From assembly GCA_050012195.1 (NCBI GenBank), contig JBEKHQ010000001.1, forward strand, positions 1 through 28,114: a DNA stretch of 28,114 bases, written 5' to 3'. The notes under the pieces were generated by a model. The model was not told where the DNA came from. It ran no database searches and was given only the letters and a program-made list of their open reading frames with translations. This DNA is from Bryobacteraceae bacterium. GTDB lineage: Bacteria; Acidobacteriota; Terriglobia; Bryobacterales; Bryobacteraceae. A program made the translations under genes and the position numbers. Each line of letters starts with the position of its first letter. The first letter of the stretch is position 1. Positions 9,923 through 18,119 of the stretch are shown here, piece by piece.

Positions 9923-10270
9923 TTACTCGCCTCCCCGACCATTGCTCTCGGCTGAATTGGCGCCCGACGAGCACTGGGCGGTGCTCTCGGCGAAATCATC
10001 CAGACCCGCGAACGGAACCTTGCTGGGGTTCAGAATCTGCAACTGCTCGGTCACTTCCGCGATCAGCCTTTCCAGCCGGTGCATCTTGTCCGCCAATTCC
10101 TCGTCCTCGCGTTGCCGGTTACCGTCGGCGATCAGCCGCTGTACCGCGCTCCGAGCCAGATCCGATACGCTGCGGGCCCCTGCCTGTTCGCAAACGCTCA
10201 CAAATTGGCGAAATTCGTCCTCCGATACTCGGAAGTACACTAACCGCTCTCTCGGCTTTAATACTGCCAC
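9923..10270 (-). CDS. Small ribbon-helix-helix (CopG/MobC-like) putative DNA-binding protein with coiled-coil tail
   Basis: 'RLVYFRVSEDEFRQFVSVCEQAGARSVSDLARSAV' fits the RHH strand-helix-helix pattern. GTG start with GGAGG upstream; stop 5 nt before wzc. Confidence 0.7.
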   Translation of the reverse strand: MAVLKPRERLVYFRVSEDEFRQFVSVCEQAGARSVSDLARSAVQRLIADGNRQREDEELADKMHRLERLIAEVTEQLQILNPSKVPFAGLDDFAESTAQCSSGANSAESNGRGGE

Positions 10271-10344
10271 AAACTTGCCCTCCGGTTTTTCAGCTGCATG
10301 GTCCCCTCAAAACCTAACCTCACCCCCATGACAGGGTCACTAGG

Positions 10345-10359
10345 GCAAGCTACCGCCCT
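10345..10359 (-). promoter_or_regulatory. Possible sigma54 (-24/-12) promoter for the EPS/exosortase operon
   Basis: Minus strand reads AGGGCGGTAGCTTGC: GG-N10-GC with TTGC at -12. The -24 element is an imperfect match to TGGCACG. Confidence 0.35.
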
Positions 10360-10418
10360 TTCTGTCCCAATCATGGTGCGACTAGACGCTCCCAAGCGCG
10401 TCCAAAATCCTCTCTCTA

Positions 10419-10472
10419 TGACAGTTGTCAGCGCTTACTCATGGAGTATGCAGGATCGTATGACAAGTGTCA
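10419..10472. promoter_or_regulatory. Two TGACA-N2-TGTCA palindromes, candidate transcription-factor sites
   Basis: tgacagttgtca at 10419-10430 and tgacaagtgtca at 10461-10472, both preceded by TA, 42 bp apart in a divergent intergenic region. Confidence 0.6.
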
Positions 10473-10549
10473 ATGAACTAACGGGCTAGGTTTCCTATTG
10501 AGGGTACTAGTATTAGCAATCTTGATGAAAAATAGGAGACACTAGGACC

Positions 10550-11458
10550 ATGCAGCCCTCGCCGTTTGCGGCTCTGGCGATCCTCGGTCTAGCTCCTTGG
10601 CTGGTACAGGCCCAGGCTAAAACTAAGACTGCCCCCCCGGACCGGACCAACTTTGTGAATTGTCTCCAGGGACTCTCGGGTTGCGATCTTTCGCTGCTCG
10701 CTTCCGACGAACTCGCGAAAGTGGGCGCCGAGTCCAAGAAGCGCAATCTGGATTACTGTTTGAACGGCTCCGCGCTCTGCGATCCGACGCGTCTCAGCGC
10801 GGCGGAGGCGAGTTCGGTTCAAGCCGCCCATTATCGGCGCAATTTAGAAAAGTGCATGAACGGAGAGAACGCCTGCGATGCGCTGTCACTCGCCGCCAAG
10901 GATATGGCTGCGGTGAATTCCGCCAAGGCCCAGCGAAATTTCGACAAATGCGTCAGCGGAGCTCCAACTTGCGACGCCACTGTTCTGACGAAAGAACAAG
11001 CCGCCTCTGTACAGGCCGCCTCTCAGCGCCGTAATTTCGACCGCTGCCTGAACGGATCTTCCCTGTGCGATCCCTTGCGGCTTGCGCCCAATGAAGCCGC
11101 GGCGGTACGGGCGGCCGCTCTCCGGCGGAATCGGGACCGTTGCATGGAAGGTTCGTCCACTTGCAATCCCCTCGCTTTAACGGAATCAGAGGCCAAAGAC
11201 GTTCGCGCCGAGGTGCACCGCCGCAATCTCGCGAACTGTCTGAACGGATTGGCGAACTGCGATCCGGTGTCGCTTCAGAATTCGGACCTGGAAAACGCGC
11301 GGGCGGCGTTTCGCCAGCGCAACGTGGAAGCCTGCAAGCGGGGGCTTCCCGCCTGTGATCCGTCGGTTCTCACGGGCCCCGAGATGGCCAGCGTCATGGC
11401 GGCGTTCCAAGCGCGCCGCAGCCGGATGGAACGATTAAAGCCGCCCGCCAAACCCTGA
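10550..11458 (+). CDS. Secreted cysteine-repeat protein of unknown function (8 x 32-aa repeats)
   Basis: Signal-peptide-like N-terminus ending ...VQAQA, GGAG ribosome site upstream, and regular repeats. Confidence 0.85.
   Translation: MQPSPFAALAILGLAPWLVQAQAKTKTAPPDRTNFVNCLQGLSGCDLSLLASDELAKVGAESKKRNLDYCLNGSALCDPTRLSAAEASSVQAAHYRRNLEKCMNGENACDALSLAAKDMAAVNSAKAQRNFDKCVSGAPTCDATVLTKEQAASVQAASQRRNFDRCLNGSSLCDPLRLAPNEAAAVRAAALRRNRDRCMEGSSTCNPLALTESEAKDVRAEVHRRNLANCLNGLANCDPVSLQNSDLENARAAFRQRNVEACKRGLPACDPSVLTGPEMASVMAAFQARRSRMERLKPPAKP
10649..11416 (+). repeat. Eight tandem 32-aa (96-nt) coding repeats, consensus N-xxx-C-L-x-G-xxx-C-D-P-xx-L-xxx-E-xxx-V-xx-A-xx-R-R
   Basis: Read directly from the translation; every unit carries CX6C at the same offset. 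Confidence 0.9.
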
Positions 11459-11502
11459 TCGACTTCGCCCTGGCCCGAGCCGCGGCGTGTTAGGCTGGCA
11501 CG

Positions 11503-12447
11503 ATGACACGAGCTTCCGTCGCCCCCGTCATTCTCCTTGGGCTTTTCATCCCACTTGCGCGCGGCGCGAACGCCGACTTCAATTTGCAAAAGATCGGCCC
11601 CGGCGTTTGGGCCGCGATCGTGAACGATGCTGGAAAAGCCGGGGGCAACGCCGGATTCGTGGTCGGCGACGATGGAGTTGCGGTGATCGACACCTTTCAA
11701 GACCCGGAGCCTGCCCAGGCGCTCGCGGCCGAGATTCGAAAAATCACCAAGCTGCCGATTCGGTTTGTCGTCAACACGCACTATCACCTGGATCATGTCA
11801 ACGGCAACGATGTATTCGCCGCCGCGGGAGCCGTCATTGTTGCGCACCGGAACGTGCGCGCTTGGATGCGGACGGAAAACATCAAAATGCTCGATCCACC
11901 CGTGACGAAGGAGAAAACGGCCCGGGTGGCATCGCTGACGCTGCCGAACGTGGTCTACGACGATCGCATCGATCTCTATCTCGGATCGCGCCGAGTCGGG
12001 GTTCGATACTATCCCGGCCACACCGGCGGCGATTCGGTGGTCTGGGTACCGGACGCGCGCGTGGTGTTCTGCGGCGACATGCTGTGGAAGGATCATATTC
12101 CGAACCTGATTGACGCTTCGACCGCGGCCTGGGTGGCGACGCTCGACGCATTGCCGAAAGACTACGGCGTGTCCACCTGGGTTCCGGGCCATGGGGGCGT
12201 GGCCGACGCCCGCGATGTTCGGGCCTTCCGTGGTTATCTCGCGGATCTCCGCGACTCGGTTCGCGCGGAACAAGTCCGCGGGAAGTCCGGCGACGCGCTG
12301 GTGAACGCGATCCTGCCCGGCCTCCAGGCGAAGTACGGGAAATGGGGCTTCTTCAACGACTACGCGCGCGCCGGCATCGAACAAATCGCGGACGAGCTTT
12401 CGGGAAAAAAGAAAGTGCCGCGGCCAGTCGCCGTCGGCGCCCGGTGA
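11503..12447 (+). CDS. Metallo-beta-lactamase fold hydrolase, probably secreted
   Basis: 'NTHYHLDHVNGN' (HxHxDH), 'GHTGGD', 'GDML' and 'PGHG' motifs, plus an N-terminal signal peptide. Substrate unknown. Confidence 0.88.
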   Translation: MTRASVAPVILLGLFIPLARGANADFNLQKIGPGVWAAIVNDAGKAGGNAGFVVGDDGVAVIDTFQDPEPAQALAAEIRKITKLPIRFVVNTHYHLDHVNGNDVFAAAGAVIVAHRNVRAWMRTENIKMLDPPVTKEKTARVASLTLPNVVYDDRIDLYLGSRRVGVRYYPGHTGGDSVVWVPDARVVFCGDMLWKDHIPNLIDASTAAWVATLDALPKDYGVSTWVPGHGGVADARDVRAFRGYLADLRDSVRAEQVRGKSGDALVNAILPGLQAKYGKWGFFNDYARAGIEQIADELSGKKKVPRPVAVGAR

Positions 12448-12456
12448 CGAGCGGGC

Positions 12457-14145
12457 CTATCGCGCCGCGGCGTCAATCCGGCTGCGATCGGCGGCGGCTT
12501 CGAGCAGGATGGTTTGATGCGCGATGCGGGCGAGCGAAGCGCGGTGCGTGATCAGAATCGCGGTCCGACCCTCGGAGACTCGCACCAGCGTGTCGGCGAT
12601 GGCGCGCTCGTTGGCTTCATCGAGCGCCGAAGTAGGTTCGTCGAGAACCAGAACTTTCGGATCGGCCAGCAGCGCGCGCGCCAGAGCGATCCGCTGGCGT
12701 TCCCCCGCCGAGAGCGTTTGCCCGCGTTCGGCGAGGATCGTGTCGTAGCCTTCGGGAAGCGACAGAATGCGCTCGTGAATCGACGCGGCTCCGGCGGCCC
12801 TCCGAATCTCGTCGTCCGTCGCGCCGGGCCGGGCGTAGGCTATGTTCTCGCGCACGCTGGCGCGGAAGAGATAGGGAACTTGATCGACCAGCATCACCGC
12901 GCGGCGCAGGTCCGTCAAAGTGACATTGCGCAAATCGCGTCCGTCGATACGAATGGCGCCCTGTTCCGGGTCATAGAAGCGAACCATGAGATCGGCCAAC
13001 GTCGATTTGCCGACGCCGCTCGGCCCCAGGATGGCGCAGATCGTTCCGGGCGCCACTCGAAAGGACAGATCGTCCAGAACCGCTCCGCCGCCATAACCGA
13101 ACGAAACGCGGTCGAATTCGATTTCACCGCGAACTTCGGCCAACGGCGCGGCGTCAATCCGGTCGGTGATCTCGGCCTGGGTGTCGAACAGTTCCCAGAC
13201 GCGCGCGAGCGAGACTCCGCCGGTCACCAGGTTGCTGTACAGACTCATCATGTTCTGCACCGGCGAGAGCAGGCGCGTATGGTACGCCATGATGGCTACC
13301 AGCGATCCGACGGTGAGCGCGCGGTCGATCACCAGCTTTCCGCCGTATAGAAAAAGCGCCGCGGTGGAGAGCGTCAGGATCGTGCCGGGAACGGCGCCCG
13401 CCAGAAACGCGGTGAGCTGCATGCGCATGAGCGCGTCCAGGAAGTTTTGGTTGTGGCCGCGGAAGCGTTCCACCTCGCGCGTTTCGGCCTGCGCCGCCGT
13501 CACCAGTCGGATCCCCAGCAGCGTCTCGAGCAGGAAACTTCCGATGTCCGAACTGCGTTCCCGAACCGTCCGCACGCGCGCGGCCAGCCGATGCTGGTAG
13601 TGCTGCAACGCCCACACGCTGGCCGGAATCGCCGCCACGCTCACCAGGAAGAGACGCGGGCTGAGGGAAAGCATGATGGCCGCGCTCCCGATCAGAAACA
13701 CGACGTTCGAAAGAATGCTCAACAAGCTATCGGAGGTCACTCGTTGCACCTCGGCGATGTCGTTGTTGATGCGCGAAACCACGTCGCCGAGCTTGCGCTG
13801 CGCCCAGAATCGCGGCGACAGAGTTTGCAAGTGCCGATACAGGGCGAGGCGCATGTCGAAAAGCACTAAGGCCGATACCCGCACGTATTGATAGCTGGAC
13901 AATATGTTGAGCACAAATCCCACCACCGTGACGCCGAGCATCAATCCGCTCACGAGCAACAGCATGCGAAAGTTGTGCTTCAACAGCGCGTCGTCGATCA
14001 GCAACTTCGAGACATACGGTTGCAGCAAGCTGAATCCGGTGGCGGCGATTCCCGCCAGCAACACTAAGACCAGGCGGCGCCAGTACGGGACGACGAATCT
14101 AACCGCGCGGCGGTAGCCGCTCAGAGGAATGCCTCGATCCGGCAT
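12457..14145 (-). CDS. ABC exporter, fused TMD-NBD half transporter (MsbA/ABCB-like)
   Basis: N-terminal TMD; Walker A GPSGVGKST; signature LSAGERQR; Walker B VLVLDEPTSALD; H-switch LITHR. Start ATG 14145 follows AGAGGA. Confidence 0.92.
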   Translation of the reverse strand: MPDRGIPLSGYRRAVRFVVPYWRRLVLVLLAGIAATGFSLLQPYVSKLLIDDALLKHNFRMLLLVSGLMLGVTVVGFVLNILSSYQYVRVSALVLFDMRLALYRHLQTLSPRFWAQRKLGDVVSRINNDIAEVQRVTSDSLLSILSNVVFLIGSAAIMLSLSPRLFLVSVAAIPASVWALQHYQHRLAARVRTVRERSSDIGSFLLETLLGIRLVTAAQAETREVERFRGHNQNFLDALMRMQLTAFLAGAVPGTILTLSTAALFLYGGKLVIDRALTVGSLVAIMAYHTRLLSPVQNMMSLYSNLVTGGVSLARVWELFDTQAEITDRIDAAPLAEVRGEIEFDRVSFGYGGGAVLDDLSFRVAPGTICAILGPSGVGKSTLADLMVRFYDPEQGAIRIDGRDLRNVTLTDLRRAVMLVDQVPYLFRASVRENIAYARPGATDDEIRRAAGAASIHERILSLPEGYDTILAERGQTLSAGERQRIALARALLADPKVLVLDEPTSALDEANERAIADTLVRVSEGRTAILITHRASLARIAHQTILLEAAADRSRIDAAAR

Positions 14146-14198
14146 GGTCCTCTTTTTCATACCACATGTGGCCATTCGCGTCGCTTGCAACTCGACTT

Positions 14199-14226
14199 TT
14201 GTAGGGCTCCCGAATTCGCCTATAAT
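14199..14226 (+). promoter_or_regulatory. Putative sigma70 promoter of the redox/NOS gene cluster
   Basis: TTGTAG (14199-14204), 16-nt spacer, perfect TATAAT (14221-14226); AAGAGG precedes the TTG start at 14256. Confidence 0.5.
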
Positions 14227-14255
14227 GAAACCTCGTATTCAGTAAAGAGGCGGCC

Positions 14256-15929
14256 TTGATTTTCGACGATCTGCGAGCGATTCAAAAGCAATACGGGTAT
14301 CTGCCGGGCGAGCAACTGGAGGCGCTCAGTAAGCGCACCCAACTGCCGCTGTACCGGATTCACGGAGTGGCCGACTTCTTTCCGCATTTCCATTTGACGC
14401 CGCCGCCCAAGGTCAGCTTCAAGGTCTGCACCGACATGTCCTGCCATCTGTGCGGGGCCGACGATCTGCGCACCGGCCTGGAACAGCGCTTCCAGGGCAT
14501 GAACCCGACCGACCTGAAAATCGGCGAGGTGTCGTGCTTGGGCCAGTGCGACGGAGCGCCCGCGGTTTCGATCAACGATCATATCTATCGCGGCGTCACG
14601 GCCGCGCAGGCCGAAGCGCTGGCGCTCACCGCGCTGGGCGGCAGCGAGTTGCCGCACATGCCCGGCGACGCGCGCGTCACCGGCCTGGCTTCCGATCCCT
14701 ATCGCGACTCCGAGCCCTACGGCGCGCTCCGAACCGCGGTCGCGACGCGCGACTGGACCGGGGTGATCGCGCAACTGAAAGCCGCCGGCCTGAGCGGCAT
14801 GGGCGGTGCCGGATTTCCGACCGGCTTCAAGTGGGAAGCGGTGCGCAACGCGCCGGGTCCGGAGAAGTACGTGGTCTGCAACGCCGACGAGAGCGAGCCG
14901 GGCACCATCAAGGACCGCTTCATTCTGCAGAACCTGCCGCACTTGGTGATCGAGGGCATGATTCTGGCCGGCCTGGTGACGGGCGCGCACCAGGGCATTC
15001 TGTATTTGCGGCACGAGTACGAAGGCGCCGAGCACGTTCTGGCTCACGAGATCGAGCGCTGCTACCGGGCGGGCTTGCTGGGAGCGGGCGTGCTGGGCAG
15101 CGATCTGGCCTTCGATCTGGAGTTGTTCATCAGTCCGGGCGGCTATATCTGCGGCGAGGAGAGCGCCTTGATCGAAGCCATCGAGGGGCACCGGGCGGAG
15201 CCGCGCAACAAGCCGCCCTTTCCGGTGACGCACGGCGTGTTCCACAAGCCCACCGCGCTGAACAACGTGGAGACCTTCGCCAACGTTCCGCAGATCCTGA
15301 TCAACGGCGTGGATTGGTACAAGGGGCAAGGGCTGGGCGGGGCGTCAGGATTGAAGTTCGTGGGCATCAGCGGCGACGTGCGCAATCCGGGGATCTTCGA
15401 GATTCCGATGGGCCTGCCGATGTCGGAAGTGATCTTCAACCTGGCGGGCGGCATCGTGGGCGGAAAAAAGCTGAAAGCCTTCGCGCCGTCGGGACCTTCG
15501 TCGGGTTATCTGCCGGCCGCGGCGGCCGACGTGCGTCTGGACTTCAAGTCGCTGGCCGCCATCGGATCGATGCTCGGCTCGGGCGCCATCGTGATCTGCG
15601 CCGAGGGCCGCTGCATGCTGGACATGGCGCTGAACGCGGTGAAATTCTTCCGCAACGAAAGCTGCGGAAAATGCGTGCCCTGCCGCATGGGGACGCAAAA
15701 GCTGACCGACATTATGACCGGCTGGACGCGCGGCCAGGGCAACCGCTCGGACATGGGCATGGTGGAGGATCTGACCGAGACCTTGAAGCTGGCCTCCATC
15801 TGCGGCCTGGGTCAGTTCGCCCACGTGCCGCTGACTTCGGTGCTGGAGCACTTCCGGCCGGAGATCGACGCGCATGTGTACGACCGGCGCTGCCCGGAGG
15901 GCGTGTGCCCGATGCGCGAGCCATTTTGA
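14256..15929 (+). CDS. NuoE-NuoF fusion (diaphorase module: thioredoxin-like [2Fe-2S] + FMN/NADH-binding + [4Fe-4S])
   Basis: NuoE Cys set 'CTDMSC...SCLGQC'. NuoF motifs 'GMGGAGFPTGFKW', 'NADESEPGTIKDR', 'YICGEESAL', 'NNVETFAN', 'ESCGKCVPCRMG' and 'SICGLG'. Not in a complex I operon. Confidence 0.92.
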   Translation: MIFDDLRAIQKQYGYLPGEQLEALSKRTQLPLYRIHGVADFFPHFHLTPPPKVSFKVCTDMSCHLCGADDLRTGLEQRFQGMNPTDLKIGEVSCLGQCDGAPAVSINDHIYRGVTAAQAEALALTALGGSELPHMPGDARVTGLASDPYRDSEPYGALRTAVATRDWTGVIAQLKAAGLSGMGGAGFPTGFKWEAVRNAPGPEKYVVCNADESEPGTIKDRFILQNLPHLVIEGMILAGLVTGAHQGILYLRHEYEGAEHVLAHEIERCYRAGLLGAGVLGSDLAFDLELFISPGGYICGEESALIEAIEGHRAEPRNKPPFPVTHGVFHKPTALNNVETFANVPQILINGVDWYKGQGLGGASGLKFVGISGDVRNPGIFEIPMGLPMSEVIFNLAGGIVGGKKLKAFAPSGPSSGYLPAAAADVRLDFKSLAAIGSMLGSGAIVICAEGRCMLDMALNAVKFFRNESCGKCVPCRMGTQKLTDIMTGWTRGQGNRSDMGMVEDLTETLKLASICGLGQFAHVPLTSVLEHFRPEIDAHVYDRRCPEGVCPMREPF

Positions 15930-15954
15930 AAAACGAAAGCAACTACAGCAATAG

Positions 15955-18114
15955 ATGAGCGACCAAATCCAACTCACCATCGACGGCATGCCGGTATCGG
16001 TTCCGGCCGGGACCACGGTATTCGACGCCGCGCGCATGCACGGCATCGCGATCCCCACGCTGTGCCATCAACAGAACGAGACGCCGGTGGGAGTGTGCCG
16101 GGTGTGCGTGGTGGACGTGGAGAAGGCGCGCGTGCTGCAGGCCTCCTGCGTGCGTCCGGCGGAAAACAACATGGTGGTGTCCACCAACTCGGACCGGGTG
16201 CGGAGGGCGCGGCACACCTTGGTGGAGCTGCTGATGGCGGATCATCCCAGCCCATGCGCGCGGCAGCGGCAATCCAACGATTGCGAGCTGGAAACCATGG
16301 CGCGGCTGGAAGGCATCACCCAGCCTCGCTTCGCGCGCCGACTGTCGCCGCGCGGCCAGGACAACTCGTCGCTGGTGATCGCGGTGGATCACGAGGCCTG
16401 CATACTGTGCGACCGCTGCATCCGGGGCTGCGACGAGATTCGCCAGAACAACGTGCTGGGGCGGCGCGGCAAGGGCTTCGGAGCGGGCGTGGCGTTCGAC
16501 TACAACCTGCCCATGGGAAATTCCTCGTGCGTGTCGTGCGGGGAATGCATGGTGTCCTGCCCCACCGGCGCGCTCACCAACAAGAGCGTGATCAAGACCG
16601 TGCTGCCGGGCGACCCGGTGAAGGTCGAAGAGCTGCAGCAGCTGGCCTATTTCCAAAAAGTCTCGGGCACGTTTCTGGAGCTGAACAAGAACGCGGTGGT
16701 GCGGCGCCGCTTCCGCAAGGGCGAGATCGTGTGCCGGGAGGGCGAATACGGCTCCACCGCGTTCTACATTTTGGAAGGCCAGGCGCACGTGTATCTGGAC
16801 ACGCCGCTGGCGCACGTCAAGACCGGGGGCGGATCCACCGGGTTTTTCAGCAAGCTCACCAGCCGCCTGGTGGGACGCCAGCAGGAACGGCGCCCGGAGG
16901 AAGGCGCGCGCTTCAGCATTCCCATCGACGCCTCGGTCGACCTGCCCTACGACAATCCGGTGGCCACGCTGGGACCGGGCGACCTGTTCGGCGAAATGAC
17001 CTGCATGAGCCTGTATCCGCGCTCGGCCACGGTGCGCGCGGCCACCGATTGCGTGATGTTCGAGATGCTGCGCAACGTGCTGGACATCATCCAGCGCAAC
17101 AAGACGCTCAAGGCGCAGCTGGACGCCAACTATCGCAAGCGGGCGCTGGACGACCATCTGCGCAGCGTTCCGATGTTCGCCACCATGACGCAGGAGTTCA
17201 TCGACCTGCTGCGCGACAAGGTGGAGCTGGTGCGCTACACCAAGGGCGACATCGTCTGCCGGCAGGGCGACATCGCCGACAGCTTCTACCTGGTCCGGCT
17301 GGGCTTCGTGAAGGTATCGGAACCGCATCCGGGGGGCGAGCTGGTGCTGGCCTATCTGGGACGGGGCGGCTACTTCGGCGAAATCGGATTGCTGGGCGAG
17401 GGGCGCCGCACGGCCACCTGCACCGCGCTCGATCACGTGGAGCTGGTGCGCATCCACGCCGACGAGTTCCACCAGATGGTGGACCGGTTCCCGGAGATCC
17501 GGCACAGCCTGGAGCAGCTGGCCTACGAGCGGCAGCAGCAGAACCGGCAGCGGCTGGAAACCGCCACCAGCATGCCCTTGGACGCGTTCCTGACGCAGGG
17601 CCTGATGGAAGCGCAGAGCCTGTTGGTGCTGGATCTGGAGCGCTGCACGCGCTGCGACGCCTGCGTGCGGGCCTGCGCCGACGCGCACGACGGCGTGACG
17701 CGGCTGATCCGCGAGGGCCAGCGCTTCGATCATTATCTGGTGGCCACCTCCTGCCGGCATTGCCGCGATCCGTTGTGCATGGTGGGGTGTCCGGTGGGCT
17801 CCATCCGGCGCCGCAACTCGCTGGAAGTGATTATCGAGAACTGGTGCATCGGCTGCGGCATGTGCGCCAAGAACTGCCCCTACGGCAACATCACCCTGCA
17901 TCCGTTCAACGTCATGGAGGACGATCCGATGAATCCCGGGCACCGCAAGGCGGTGGTGAAGCAGAAGGCGGCTTCCTGCGATTTGTGCACCGAGCACGCC
18001 GAACCGACCTGCGTGTACGCCTGCCCGCACGACGCGGCGCATCGGGTGGAACCCAACGAATTTTTCCGCTGGCTGGGCACCCCTCTGGCCGCCACCGAGG
18101 CCCAGAAACACTAA
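15955..18114 (+). CDS. Multi-Fe-S protein: NuoG/FdhA-like N-terminal [2Fe-2S] + 2x[4Fe-4S], two cNMP-binding domains, C-terminal DmsB-like 4x[4Fe-4S]
   Basis: 'PTLCH...GVCRVC...ASC'; 'CILCDRCIRGC'; 'CVSCGECMVSCP'; cNMP cassettes 'FGEMTC..PRSATV' and 'FGEIGLL..RRTATC'; then 'CTRCDACVRAC', 'CRHCRDPLCMVGCP', 'CIGCGMCAKNCP' and 'CDLC...CVYACP'. Confidence 0.9.
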   Translation: MSDQIQLTIDGMPVSVPAGTTVFDAARMHGIAIPTLCHQQNETPVGVCRVCVVDVEKARVLQASCVRPAENNMVVSTNSDRVRRARHTLVELLMADHPSPCARQRQSNDCELETMARLEGITQPRFARRLSPRGQDNSSLVIAVDHEACILCDRCIRGCDEIRQNNVLGRRGKGFGAGVAFDYNLPMGNSSCVSCGECMVSCPTGALTNKSVIKTVLPGDPVKVEELQQLAYFQKVSGTFLELNKNAVVRRRFRKGEIVCREGEYGSTAFYILEGQAHVYLDTPLAHVKTGGGSTGFFSKLTSRLVGRQQERRPEEGARFSIPIDASVDLPYDNPVATLGPGDLFGEMTCMSLYPRSATVRAATDCVMFEMLRNVLDIIQRNKTLKAQLDANYRKRALDDHLRSVPMFATMTQEFIDLLRDKVELVRYTKGDIVCRQGDIADSFYLVRLGFVKVSEPHPGGELVLAYLGRGGYFGEIGLLGEGRRTATCTALDHVELVRIHADEFHQMVDRFPEIRHSLEQLAYERQQQNRQRLETATSMPLDAFLTQGLMEAQSLLVLDLERCTRCDACVRACADAHDGVTRLIREGQRFDHYLVATSCRHCRDPLCMVGCPVGSIRRRNSLEVIIENWCIGCGMCAKNCPYGNITLHPFNVMEDDPMNPGHRKAVVKQKAASCDLCTEHAEPTCVYACPHDAAHRVEPNEFFRWLGTPLAATEAQKH

Positions 18115-18119
18115 CGCCC

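Noticed and set aside
10649-11416. CRISPR array or DNA-level tandem repeat
   Set aside because: The periodicity is at protein level with degenerate codons; there are no identical repeats with spacers and no cas genes.
15943-18111. 722-aa antisense ORF (and similar ones at 8664-10331, 11275-12384, 14220-15329, 20842-22134 and 22189-23445)
   Set aside because: Mirror-frame products of high-GC codon bias opposite well-supported genes; no motifs.
14256-18114. Calling the cluster complex I, a formate dehydrogenase or an [FeFe]-hydrogenase
   Set aside because: No other nuo genes, no Mo-bisPGD domain and no H-cluster motifs; only the shared NAD(H)-coupling module is present.
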